64,000 bases of DNA from an uncultured delta proteobacterium (lineage in GTDB: Bacteria; Myxococcota; Myxococcia; Myxococcales; Anaeromyxobacteraceae), in assembly GCA_963814585.1 (NCBI GenBank), contig CAWFDF010000012.1, positions 416,001 through 480,000 of the forward strand, written 5' to 3'. The position numbers and the translations under genes were made by a program. The notes below the pieces were generated by a model. The model saw only the letters and a list, made by a program, of their open reading frames with translations, was not told the origin of the DNA and ran no database searches. This document shows, piece after piece, positions 43,175 through 53,670 of this stretch. Every line of letters starts with the position of its first letter. The stretch's first letter is position 1.

Positions 43175-44905
43175 CTAGAGCTCCTCGATCTGGTCCACGC
43201 CGCCCTCGAGGAGGCGGGCGGCTTGCTGGATGTTGGGGTGGGCACGGGCGGACTCGCGCACCCGGCGCGAGCGGGCCAGCCGATCGGCCTGCTCGGCGGC
43301 GGCCAGCGAGACCGGCGCCGACTCGCCCGGGGGGGGCGCCGCGGATTCACCCAGCGTGATCGCCAGCCGGGTGGGCCGGCCGAAGCAGCGGGCGAAGACC
43401 GCCTCGATCTCGGGACGCCGCCGCTCGGCGGCGGTGGCCATCAAGCCCGGCGGGAGCTGCACGCCGACCTCGCCGTCGCGGATCCAGCGCAGGGTGGCCT
43501 GCTTCAGGGCCGGGGAGGCCGCCGGGCTCACCTTCTCGACCTCGTCGACCACGGCGCGCCAGCGCTCCGCCAGCGGGGCGGCGGGATCGATCAGCGGCGC
43601 TCCCGCCACCTCCGGCGGCGCGGGGGCGGGGGCCGGGCCGGGCACCGCGGTCGCGAGCGGCCCGGCGGCACCCCGCGGCGGGGCCGGCGGCGCCGCGGCG
43701 GGCCCGGGGTTGGCGGCCGGTCGGGCCCCGCCGGCGCCTCCACCCCTCGGCGGCGGGGGCGGCGGGAGCGCGCCGCCGGCCAGCGCCTCGACCCGGGCGA
43801 TGAGCGCGGCGACGTCGGCGCCCGGGGCCAGGAAGACGGCCTTGAGCAGCGCCACCTCCAGCGCGTGGCGCGGCTGGTCGGCCAGCCGGGTCTCCACCAC
43901 GGCGCGCTGGGCCAGGTCGAAGAGCCGGGTGAGCTGGGCCGGCTCGGCCGCCCGCGCTTGCGAGCGCACCTCGTCGAGCTCGGTGTCGGGCAGGTCGAGC
44001 GCCGCCTCCGGGGCCAGGCAGGCCACCACCACGTTGCGGAGGTGGCGCGCCAGCTCCTCGGCGACCCGCTTCATCTCCAGCCCGCGCTCGTAGAGCAGGG
44101 CGATCTCGGCGAGCAGCGCCGCCCCGTCGCGCTGGATCAGCGCCCCGGCCAGCCGGCCCACCGCCGCCACGTCGACGGTGCCGAGCGCCTCGGCCACCTC
44201 GGCGTCGCCCGGGGCGTCGCCGCAGGCGGCCCGCACCCGGTCGAGCAGGGAGAGGGCGTCGCGCATCCCGCCCTCGGCGGCGCGCGCCACCATGGCCAGC
44301 GCCGCCGGGGAGAGCTTCATCCCCTCCTCGGCCGCGACGTGGGCGAGCTGGGCGGCGATCTGCTGCTGCGTCAGGCGGCGGAAGTCGAAGCGCTGGCAGC
44401 GCGAGACGATGGTCTCGGGCACCTTGTGGACGTCGGTGGTGGCCAGCACGAACATGACGTGCTCGGGCGGCTCCTCCAGCGTCTTCAGGAGGGCGTTGAA
44501 GGCCCCCTGCGAGAGCATGTGGACCTCGTCGATGACGAAGACCTTGTAGCGATCGCGGGCCGGCCGGTACTTCACCGCCTCGACGATGTCGCGGACGTTG
44601 TCGACGCCGTTGTTGGAGGCGGCGTCGATCTCGATGACGTCGACGCTCCGGCCGTCGGCGATCTCCTGGCAGGGGACGCAGGCGCCGCAGGGCTCGGGCG
44701 TCGGCCCCTTCACGCAGTTCACCGCCTTGGCCACCAGGCGGGCCGCGGTGGTCTTCCCGACGCCGCGCGGGCCGGTGAAGAGGAAGGCGTGGGCCAGCTG
44801 CCCGCGCTCCAGCGCGTTGGCCAGCGTCTGGACCACGTGCGCCTGGCCCGACATCTCGCCGAAGCGCTGCGGTCGGTACTTGCGGGCGAGGACGAGGTAG
44901 GCCAT
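43175..44905 (-). CDS. dnaX: DNA polymerase III subunit gamma/tau
   Basis: YLVLARKYRPQ, GPRGVGKTT, EIDAASN, IDEVHMLS, SRCQRF, GGMRDALSLLD. Confidence 0.97.
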   Translation of the reverse strand: MAYLVLARKYRPQRFGEMSGQAHVVQTLANALERGQLAHAFLFTGPRGVGKTTAARLVAKAVNCVKGPTPEPCGACVPCQEIADGRSVDVIEIDAASNNGVDNVRDIVEAVKYRPARDRYKVFVIDEVHMLSQGAFNALLKTLEEPPEHVMFVLATTDVHKVPETIVSRCQRFDFRRLTQQQIAAQLAHVAAEEGMKLSPAALAMVARAAEGGMRDALSLLDRVRAACGDAPGDAEVAEALGTVDVAAVGRLAGALIQRDGAALLAEIALLYERGLEMKRVAEELARHLRNVVVACLAPEAALDLPDTELDEVRSQARAAEPAQLTRLFDLAQRAVVETRLADQPRHALEVALLKAVFLAPGADVAALIARVEALAGGALPPPPPPRGGGAGGARPAANPGPAAAPPAPPRGAAGPLATAVPGPAPAPAPPEVAGAPLIDPAAPLAERWRAVVDEVEKVSPAASPALKQATLRWIRDGEVGVQLPPGLMATAAERRRPEIEAVFARCFGRPTRLAITLGESAAPPPGESAPVSLAAAEQADRLARSRRVRESARAHPNIQQAARLLEGGVDQIEEL

Positions 44906-44945
44906 CGGCGATCCTTCGAGGCAGCGTTGGCTTTACCAGAAAAGC

Positions 44946-45059
44946 GCGAGCCGGCCCACAATCCCCGGGCGCACGGAGGTCCTTCTACCGTTGCTCCCTT
45001 CCGGGCCTGGCGGGGTTCGAAGAAGCCCACGTCGCCCGAGGATTCTGGGCCGGCTCACC
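44946..45059 (-). ncRNA. ffs: Signal recognition particle (4.5S) RNA
   Basis: Long hairpin GAGCCGGCCCA../..UGGGCCGGCUC with domain [25 protein letters not shown]; directly upstream of dnaX. Confidence 0.93.
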
Positions 45060-45083
45060 TGTCGGCCTCGCAGGGCCGGTGGC

Positions 45084-45173
45084 TGGCGGAGAGGGTGGGA
45101 TTTGAACCCACGGTACCGTTCCCAGTACACACGATTTCCAGTCGTGCACCTTCGGCCGCTCGGTCACCTCTCC
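45084..45173 (-). tRNA. tRNA-Ser(GGA)
   Basis: GGAGAGG acceptor; anticodon arm CACGA-CUGGAAA-UCGUG; long variable arm; GGUUCAAAUCC; encoded CCA. Confidence 0.97.
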
Positions 45174-45185
45174 AGGAACTGAATG

Positions 45186-45273
45186 CGGAGAGCGAGGGAT
45201 TCGAACCCCCGGTACAGTTGCCCGTACACCTGATTTCGAGTCAGGCGCCTTCGACCAGCTCGGCCAGCTCTCC
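45186..45273 (-). tRNA. tRNA-Ser(CGA), CCA not encoded
   Basis: GGAGAGC acceptor; CCUGA-CUCGAAA-UCAGG; long variable arm; GGUUCGAAUCC; followed by CAT rather than CCA. Confidence 0.96.
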
Positions 45274-45328
45274 GCGCGCGGGTGTACCCGATCAGGCGGG
45301 GTCTTGCCAAGCCTCAAGGCGCGATGGA

Positions 45329-45814
<486 letters not shown>

Positions 45815-45844
45815 TCACGTACGCACCGTGGGGGCGACCGTTTC

Positions 45845-45873
45845 TTGCTACCATCGGCGCGAGTTCGCATACT
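45845..45873 (+). promoter_or_regulatory. Putative sigma70 promoter of the Cys-rich lipoprotein
   Basis: TTGCTA-N17-CATACT, then GGAGGAG RBS and ATG 45900. Confidence 0.5.
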
Positions 45874-45899
45874 GCGGGCCTCCCCCGGAGGAGTACCAC

Positions 45900-48800
45900 A
45901 TGACCTGGAAAGCCTGCCTGGCGTCGATCGCGACCACTGCCCTCGTGGCCTGCGGCGGAGGCAGCGAGGGCGGCGGGACCTCCTCCGGCGGCGTCCTCAC
46001 GCTGACCTCCAGCGCCCCCCAGGTGGTGGCCAACGGCACCAACGCGGTGATCATCCACGTCGACGGCAGCCAGAAGGGGCCCATCGCCGTCCGGACCGAC
46101 CGCGGCCACTTCCAGGAGAGCGGCGGCCTCACCGCCAGCAACCCCACCACGCCCTTCGACGTCACGCTCGTCACCTGCGACTCCCGGATCACCTCCGGTT
46201 GCGCCGGCTACGCCCAGCTGACCGCCTCCGACCAGAACCTGGCCAGCAACAGGATCCAGGTGCGCTTCGTGGCCGTCGAGTCCTGCACCAACAAGGCCGA
46301 CGACGACGGCGACGGCCAGGATCGACTGCGCCGATCCCGAGTGCGCCACCCAGGCCTGCGGCGCCAACGGCCAGACCTGCAGCGCGGCCAGCCCCTCGGT
46401 CTGCTGTGCCCCAGCGGACAGGCCAACGAGACGCCCGCCCAGGCGCGGCCGCCACCGCCGGCCGACAACGACTGCGACGGAAGCTCGGGCTGCGCCGACA
46501 CCGACTGCCTCGGCCAGCTCTGTGCCACCGGCACGCTGGTCAGCGGCCACCCGGTCTGTCGGCACCTGCAAGGCCGGCGGCGCCTGCACCTGCGTCGCCA
46601 CGCAGGCCGCCAAGGAGACCAGCTGCGGTGACGGCGTCGACAACGACTGCGACGGCCTGATCGACTGCGACGATCCCGACTGCCAGGGGAAGGCCGGCCT
46701 CCCCGGCGAGTTCTGCGCCGCGGCACGGCCCGGCCTGACGTGCTCCAACCCCGCCGCCACCGGCGGAAGCTCGACCTGCTCGGTCTGCGCCCCCAACAAG
46801 AGCTTCGCGCTGGCCCAGCCGACCGAGACGACCTGCACCGACGGGATCGACAACGACTGCGACGGCCAGGTCGACTGCGCCGACGGTGACTGCGTGAGCG
46901 CCGGCGCCGTCTGCGGCGTCAACAACGAGCGCTGCGCGGCCGACCTGACCTGCCGCTGCCCCGACACGACGGGCCAGGAGACGGTCTGCGACGACGGCCA
47001 GGACAACGACTGCGACGGCAAGAAGGACTGCGCCGACGGTGACTGCGCCACCAGGACCTGCGGACCGAACGGCTTCAGGTGCGGCGCGACCGCCGGCAGC
47101 GCCTGCGCCTGCTCCGGTAACGGCGGCCTGGCCCAGCCGGCCAAGGAGACCAGCTGCAGCGACGGCTTCGACAACGACTGCGACGGCCTGGCCGACTGCG
47201 CTGATGCCGACTGCAAGGCCACCGCCGCAGGAGGCTTCGGCCAGGCCTGCGCCACGCCGACGCTGGTCGCCAATGCCAGGTGCGACTACTTCGGTGCCTG
47301 CGCCTGCCCCGGCGGCCAGGCCCACGAGACCTCCTGCGGGGACGGCTCCGACAATGACTGCGACGGCCTCCTCGAGTGCTCGGACCCCGACTGCACCGGC
47401 CAGGCCTGCGGGACCTTCGGAATGACCTGCCCGGCCGGCGGGGGCGCTTGCTCCTGCCCGACCGGCGTCACCGAGATCTGCAACGACGGCAGGGACAACA
47501 ACTGCGACGGCAAGGTCGACTGCGACGAGGGCGCGTGCGCCAACCAGCAGTGCCTCCCTGGCGCGCCCACCTACCTCTGCCGCCAGGTCGGGGCCGCGAC
47601 CTCCTACTTCTGCAAGGACACCAGCAACTACATCCTCACCGTGACCGCCGCCGCGCCCAGGATCCCGGCCGACGGGCTGGCCACCTCGTCCGTCAACGCC
47701 TACCTGCAGGACGCCACCGGCGCGTCGCCGGTCGCCGTCGGCGGCGCCACCATCGCCTTCTTCGCCAGCACGGGCTCGATCGATCCGAGCGCCGTCACCG
47801 GCACCTCGGGCACGACTCAGGGGAAGGCGACCGTCACCTTCACGGCCCCGACCCTGTCCGGTGTGGCCACCGTGACGGCACAGTACAGCTACGCCGGCGG
47901 CAACGTCTTCGCCTCGACGACCATCACCGCCCCGCTGCTCAGCCAGATCAGCCTGGTCGACCAGGTCCCCACCATCCTCGGCGCCCGCGACTCCGGCTAC
48001 CAGGAGTCGAGCGAGCTGACCTTCGCGCTCAAGGACTCGTCCAACCTGACCTACCCGGCCGGCCTCACCGTCAACTTCGAGCACGTCCCGCTGGGCGGCT
48101 CCTTCATCGGCGCCTCGCCGAGCTGCGTCACCACCCCCACGCCCCTGTGCACGGCCAGCGGCGTCACCGACGCCACCGGCAAGGTGAAGGTGATCCTCCA
48201 CTCCGGCCGGATCGCCGGGGTGGTCTCGGTGATGGCGAAGGCCCAGGCCGGCGGCAGCGGCCTCAAGACCGCCACCGCCAGCAACATCCCCATCGTCGCC
48301 GCCAAGGCCAGCGGCTCCCAGATCTCGCTCAACTGCACTCCGCGGAACATCCCGGCCCTCATCGACCAGGACTGCACCAACTCCAACTACGCCGGCGCCG
48401 ACGCCTCGCCGAAGTGCACGGTGACGCTGGCCGACCGATACGGCCGGGCCCTCGGTGTGGCCACGGTGGCCACCTTCGAGTCGGAGGCCGGCATCGTGGT
48501 CGGCTCGCCAGCAACGACCCCGGCCTACCCGACCTCCCCGCAGGGGGAGGCCTCGGCCTTCGTCAAGGTCACCGGTGGCAAGCTGCCGGTCAACGTGGCT
48601 CCGTGGGCAGGGACCGAGTACTCGCTCACCCACAACTGGGACGGGTGCCCGAGCCGGGAGCACAACCCGCGCGACGGCATGGTCACGGTGATCGTCAAGG
48701 TCAGCGGCGAGGAGGGGTTCGTCGACGGCTCCAACGGCTGCCCGGCCGACGGCGCCTACCAGGGGCCGGGCTCGGGCGTGCAGGACTGTGCCCCTGGCGG

Positions 48801-49545
48801 CGAGAACTTCATCGATCTCGCCGACCCCTTCGTCGACTCCAACGACAACGGCACCTGGGATCCTGGTGAGCCCTACGAGACCCGCAACCCCGACGGCAAG
48901 TGGCACGGTCCGAACGGCATCTGGGATTCCGACACCACCATCTGGGCCCAGTCGCGGATTCTCTACACCGACTACGTGGCGGTGGCGTGGGATGGCCGCG
49001 GCGAGCTGGGCTCCCGCTTCTTCAACGGCTCGCCGACACCGCCGGCCCCGACGCCCACCGCCTCGTTCTCGGTCCTGGCCGCCGTGCCGGCCCAGGCGGG
49101 CCCTCCACCGATCCCGGCCCAGCCAGCCACGAGCTACGGCGTCGAGCTCTTCTTCGGCGACGCCAACTTCAACATTCCCAACTCCAAGTATGCCTACGCG
49201 GTCACCAAGCCGGCCGCCGCCAGGCTCAGCGTGGCCTTCACGTCGGGCGGCACGCCCACCACCATCGACAGCCTGGGGATGGGCTTCACGCAGCTCTATT
49301 GCAGCAGCCTGACCCCGGCCAACCCGTCGGTGGACTGCTCCAACCAGTGCAACTGGGCCCCCTGCTACCCCATCGTGGACGTGTCCGGGTTCAACTACGG
49401 CGCCTGGGGTTCGATCCTCGTCACCGGCGGCGCGACGCCGGACGGCCTGGTCTGCGTGGGCGTCAACGGATTGCTGACCACCTCGGGGACCAGCGGCTCC
49501 ACCACGGTCATCACGCCAATCGGCGTCTGCGGCACCAGCAACTGA
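45900..49545 (+). CDS. ~1,200-aa Cys-rich surface lipoprotein with ~8 DNDCDG repeats and C-terminal Big_1/invasin-like domains; several indels in 46320-46560
   Basis: Lipobox LVAC; ETxCxDGxDNDCDGxxDCxDxDC units; IPADG..VNAYLQDATG, TDATGKVKV, TLADRYG, DPFVDSNDNGTWDPGE. Confidence 0.82.
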
Positions 49546-49562
49546 GCCGTACCGCCTGACCC

Positions 49563-49594
49563 GCGCCCGGCTCCCCACCGCGGGGGCCGGGCGC
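49563..49594. terminator. GC-rich hairpin between convergent genes
   Basis: GCGCCCGGCTCCCC-accg(c)-GGGGGCCGGGCGC inverted repeat; no U tract. Confidence 0.5.
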
Positions 49595-49602
49595 TTCCAC
49601 GC

Positions 49603-51339
49603 TCAGGCCCCGGCCCCCGGCCCGGTCCTCAGCTCGGGGTGGTCGGCGCAGGCCAGCCCGCAGGCCCGGCAGCTCTCCACCTCGCACTTCGGGGTGATGC
49701 GGGCCCCCAGGCCGCGCCGCTGCTCGCGGGCCAGGAAGGCCTTGGTGAGGCCGTGGTCGATGAAGTCCCAGGGCAGCTGCTCCTCGACCGCCGCCTCGCG
49801 CAGCACGAAGAAGTCCGGATCGTGCGGCCAGCGGCGCAGCGCCCGCCCCAGGTCCCCCTCGAACTCGCGGTGGGCCAGCTCCAGCAGGTCGGCGCAGCGC
49901 CGGTCGCCGCGCGAGAGGAGCGCCTGCAGCGCCGCCTCGCGCGGGCTCATGAAGTCGACGTCGATGCCGAGCGGCCTCAGCTCGCGCTCCAGCAGCTTGC
50001 GCTTCCCCTCCAGGCACTTCCGGCCGTGCATGGGCTGCCACTGGAACGGGGTCCAGGGCTTGGGGACGAACGGGTTGACGGAGAGGGTGATGCGCCCCAT
50101 CCGCCGGGTGACCCGGGCGCGCGGCGCCATCACCTCCTCGCGGATGCGGATGGCCAGCCTGGCCATCCCCAGCACGTCCTCGTCGGTCTCGGTGGGCAGG
50201 CCGCACATGAAGTAGAGCTTGACGTGCTGCATCCCGGCGGCCAGCGCGTCGGCCGCCGCCTGCACGATCCGGTCGTCGCTGAAGTCCTTGTTGATCACCT
50301 CGCGCATCCGGGGCGTGCCGGCCTCCGGCGCCAGCGTGATGGAGCGCTCGCCGCCGGCCGCCATCCGCCCGGCCAGCAGCGGCGTGATGGCGTCGACCCG
50401 CAGCGACGACGGGCTGAAGGTGCCGCCGGCCTCGCCGATGAAGCAGGTGAGCGGATCCAGCCCGGAGTGGTCGCTGGTGTCGGGGCCGACCAGCCCGACC
50501 CGCTGCCCGGCCGCGATCCCCTTCCTCACCTCGCCGCGCAGGGTCTCCAGGTCCACCTCGCGGTAGGGGCGCTGCACGAAGCCGGCGGCGCAGAAGCGGC
50601 AGCCCCACAGGCAGCCACGCGCCACCTCGGTGAGGAAGAGGTCGCCGAACTGGGCCTCGGGCGACTCGATGACCCGCGAGGTGGGGACCCTGGAGAGATC
50701 GGCCACGAAGCGGCGCGCCACCCGCCGAGGCGCCCCGTCGAGCGGCGTGAAGCGGGTGACCCAGCCGGCGCCGGCCCGGGTGTCGGCGTACTCGACCTGG
50801 TAGAGCCCCGGCACGTAGGCCCCCGGCAGGTGGGCCAGCTCGCGCAGCAGCCCGGCGCGGGGCCGCCCGGCCTGGCCCCTCAGCCAGGCCAGGAACGGCG
50901 GCACCAGCTCCTCCCCCTCGCCGATGAGGACGGCGTCGAGGAAGGGGGCCACCGGCTCGGGGTTGATCTGCATGGCGATGCCGCCGGCCACCACCAGGGG
51001 GTGGCGCTGGTCGCGATCGGCGGCCCGCAGCGGGAGGCCGGCCCGATCCAGGAGCTCGAGCAGGTGGACGAAGTCGTCCTCGAAGGAGAGCGAGAAGGCC
51101 ACCACGTCGAACTGGCCGAGCGGCGTGCCCGACTCCACCGAGCGCGGCGTGCCGCCGTCCTCCGGCAGGAACACCCGCTCGCAGCGGGTGGCGTCGTCGT
51201 CGTTGAAGAGCCGGTAGACGGCGTGGAAGCCGAGGTTGGCCATCGCCACCCGCTCGGCGTTCGGGTAGCACAGGGCCACCCCGAGGCGGCCACCGGGGTC
51301 CTTGCGGACGGCGCCGCGCGGCAGGGTGGTGGGATCCAT
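49603..51339 (-). CDS. B12-binding-like radical SAM protein
   Basis: EVARGCLWGCRFC (CxxxCxxC), SSLRVD, TLAPEAG, KLYFMCGLPTET, FVPKPWTPFQW, LPWDFID, C-terminal Cys cluster. Confidence 0.88.
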   Translation of the reverse strand: MDPTTLPRGAVRKDPGGRLGVALCYPNAERVAMANLGFHAVYRLFNDDDATRCERVFLPEDGGTPRSVESGTPLGQFDVVAFSLSFEDDFVHLLELLDRAGLPLRAADRDQRHPLVVAGGIAMQINPEPVAPFLDAVLIGEGEELVPPFLAWLRGQAGRPRAGLLRELAHLPGAYVPGLYQVEYADTRAGAGWVTRFTPLDGAPRRVARRFVADLSRVPTSRVIESPEAQFGDLFLTEVARGCLWGCRFCAAGFVQRPYREVDLETLRGEVRKGIAAGQRVGLVGPDTSDHSGLDPLTCFIGEAGGTFSPSSLRVDAITPLLAGRMAAGGERSITLAPEAGTPRMREVINKDFSDDRIVQAAADALAAGMQHVKLYFMCGLPTETDEDVLGMARLAIRIREEVMAPRARVTRRMGRITLSVNPFVPKPWTPFQWQPMHGRKCLEGKRKLLERELRPLGIDVDFMSPREAALQALLSRGDRRCADLLELAHREFEGDLGRALRRWPHDPDFFVLREAAVEEQLPWDFIDHGLTKAFLAREQRRGLGARITPKCEVESCRACGLACADHPELRTGPGAGA

Positions 51340-51456
51340 CCGCGTCCTCCTCTATGCCACCCGGTGACCCGGCGCCACTCCCCCTGGCCGGGAGGCCCGC
51401 TGAGGCCGCTCGCCGACGCGTGATACCATCGGGCCCCCACGCCGGAGACTGCACCG

Positions 51457-52377
51457 ATGCGCCCCACCGTCCCCATCGCCGCGCTCGCCCTCCTGCTCGC
51501 CGGCTGCGCCGCCCGGACCCCCTCGACCGCGCCCACGCCGGCCCAGGCGGCCGGTCCCGAGCCGACCACGCCGGAGGGGCTGCTGCCGGGCATCCCGCTC
51601 GACGGCCTCAGCGCCGCCCAGCAGCAGGCGGTGGCCGAGATCGCCCAGGAGGAGTTCTGCTACTGCGGCTGCCCGCACACCGTCTCCCAGTGCCTGCGAC
51701 AGCACGGCGGCTGCCACCACGCCAAGCGGATGGCGCGGCTGGCGTCCCGCCTGGCCATGGGCGGCCTGCCCAAGCCCGAGATCCAGAAGACGCTGGTGAA
51801 GTACTACGCCTCGTTCGACCGCCCACGGCGCGCCCAGCTCGACCTCGCCGAGTTCGGCCCGCCCTACGGCGAGGCCGACGCCGCCGTCACGCTGGTCGAG
51901 TTCTCCGACTTCACCTGCCCGTACTGCCAGCTGATGCGGCCGGTGCTGGAGCGGTTCGTCGCCGAGCGGCGGGGCCGCGTCAAGCTCCACTTCAAGCCCT
52001 TCCCCATCGAGTCCCACCCCGACGCCGTCGAGGCGGCCCAGGCTGGCGAGTGGGCCCGCGAGCAGGGGATCTTCTGGGCCTTCCACGACCTGATGTTCGC
52101 AAGGAACCACGCGCTCTCCATCGAGCAGCTGGCGAGCTACGCCACCGAGGCCGGCAAGGACGGCGCCGACCTGCGCGCCGCGCTCGAGTCGGGGAAGTAC
52201 CGCTACAAGGTCGAGAGGGCGCAGGCCGAGGCCCGGGCCGCCGGGCTGCGCGGCACGCCCACCCTCTTCCTCAACGGCCGCATCCACCTCGTCCCCGACT
52301 ACTCCGAGTGGATGCTGGAGTTCACGCTGCAGGACGAGGAGGAGTGGCAGGAGACGCAGGGCTGGAGCCGGGACTGA
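51457..52377 (+). CDS. DsbA/thioredoxin-fold lipoprotein with an extra N-terminal Cys-rich domain
   Basis: Lipobox LAGC; CYCGCPHTVSQC..GC; VEFSDFTCPYC; cis-Pro loop GTPTLFLNG. Confidence 0.85.
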   Translation: MRPTVPIAALALLLAGCAARTPSTAPTPAQAAGPEPTTPEGLLPGIPLDGLSAAQQQAVAEIAQEEFCYCGCPHTVSQCLRQHGGCHHAKRMARLASRLAMGGLPKPEIQKTLVKYYASFDRPRRAQLDLAEFGPPYGEADAAVTLVEFSDFTCPYCQLMRPVLERFVAERRGRVKLHFKPFPIESHPDAVEAAQAGEWAREQGIFWAFHDLMFARNHALSIEQLASYATEAGKDGADLRAALESGKYRYKVERAQAEARAAGLRGTPTLFLNGRIHLVPDYSEWMLEFTLQDEEEWQETQGWSRD

Positions 52378-53648
52378 TGCCCCGCTGGTTCGACATCGAT
52401 CCGCACGGTCGCCTGGCCCCGGGCTCTCCCGAGGTCCGCACCGCCCTGGGCGAGCGGGCCGGCCGGTTCGAGTGGCTCCCCTCCGCCCCGGATCTCCTGC
52501 TGGCGCGCCGCACCCCGGCCGCCGGCGGCGCCTCGCCCCGGCCGCGCGTGGTCCTCTCCGGGGACCTGTCCGCCTTCCCCATCGCCGACTTCATCGCCTT
52601 CGCCCACCAGTCGCGCCTCACCGGGGTCCTGCACGTGGTGAGCGCCGACGCCGAGCGGGCCATCGCCTTCAAGGACGGCGAGGTGCGCAGCTCCCGCTCC
52701 AGCGTCGTCGGCGAGCGGATCGGCGAGGTGGCGCTCAAGCTCGGGCTGGTCACCGAGGCGCAGCTGGCCCAGGCCATGGGCGGGCCGCGGCCGCTCGGCA
52801 AGGCGCTGGTGGAGCTGGGCCTGCTCACCTCCAACGACCTCTGGAGGTGCTTCCACGAGCAGATCACCGCGGTCTTCCACGCCATCCTCCTCCTGCAGGG
52901 CGGGGTCTTCTGGCTGCTCGACGACGACGGCGCGGACCTCACCAGCGCCCCGCAGGCGGTGAGCACCCAGGCCTTGCTGATGGACGGGATCAGGCGCATC
53001 GACGAGCTCAGCCTCTTCAGGGCGCGCATCCCGGGGCCGGAGTCCTTCCTGCGGCGGCGCGAGCCGGCCCGGGCGGTGACGCTCCAGCCGGTGGAGCAGC
53101 AGCTCCTGGCGCTGGTCGACGGCCGGCGCAGCGTGGCGCAGGTGGCCGGCGCCGCCCGCCTCGGCGAGTTCGACGCCACCAAGGTCCTCTACCACCTCGC
53201 CGAGGCCGGCTACCTCGAGGCCACCGAGGCGCCGGCCGCGGAGTCGGCGGCCGACCAGGGGGCGCGCCTGGAGGCGCTGGGCCGCGGCCACGTCGAGCTG
53301 CTCCGGCTGGTGGTCGCCGCCCTCCAGCCCGGCGACCGCCTCGCCTTCATCGCCGCGGTCGCCGTCCACCTGCGGGATCCCGCCGCCCCGTTCGCCCCGC
53401 TCTTCCGCGGCCTGCTCCCGGGGCCGGACGGCGCGGTCGACAGCGCCGTCATGGTCGCCAACATCGAGGGGCTCCGGCCGCCGCCGCCGGAAGGCGAGAC
53501 CCCTCGCCTCCTCGCCGAGGGGCTGCGCGAGCTGCTCTTCTTCTACCTCTTCCTCGCCGGCGATCGGCTGGCGCCCGACGCCGACGAGCGGCTCGGCGCC
53601 GCGGTGCGGCGCCAGCTGACCGGGCTCGAGGGGCTGGCGGGCGGGTGA
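52377..53648 (+). CDS. DUF4388-domain protein
   Basis: LSGDLSAFPIADFI..RLTGVL..IAFKDGEV, RIGEVALKLGLV, LLMDGIRRIDE; TGATG coupling. Confidence 0.75.
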   Translation: MPRWFDIDPHGRLAPGSPEVRTALGERAGRFEWLPSAPDLLLARRTPAAGGASPRPRVVLSGDLSAFPIADFIAFAHQSRLTGVLHVVSADAERAIAFKDGEVRSSRSSVVGERIGEVALKLGLVTEAQLAQAMGGPRPLGKALVELGLLTSNDLWRCFHEQITAVFHAILLLQGGVFWLLDDDGADLTSAPQAVSTQALLMDGIRRIDELSLFRARIPGPESFLRRREPARAVTLQPVEQQLLALVDGRRSVAQVAGAARLGEFDATKVLYHLAEAGYLEATEAPAAESAADQGARLEALGRGHVELLRLVVAALQPGDRLAFIAAVAVHLRDPAAPFAPLFRGLLPGPDGAVDSAVMVANIEGLRPPPPEGETPRLLAEGLRELLFFYLFLAGDRLAPDADERLGAAVRRQLTGLEGLAGG

Positions 53649-53670
53649 CGGGCCGCCTCGGCGGGGCGCC

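Noticed and set aside
43175..44905. Programmed frameshift in dnaX
   Set aside because: No A-AAA-AAG or poly-A slippery site seen; the C-run near 43330 just encodes prolines.
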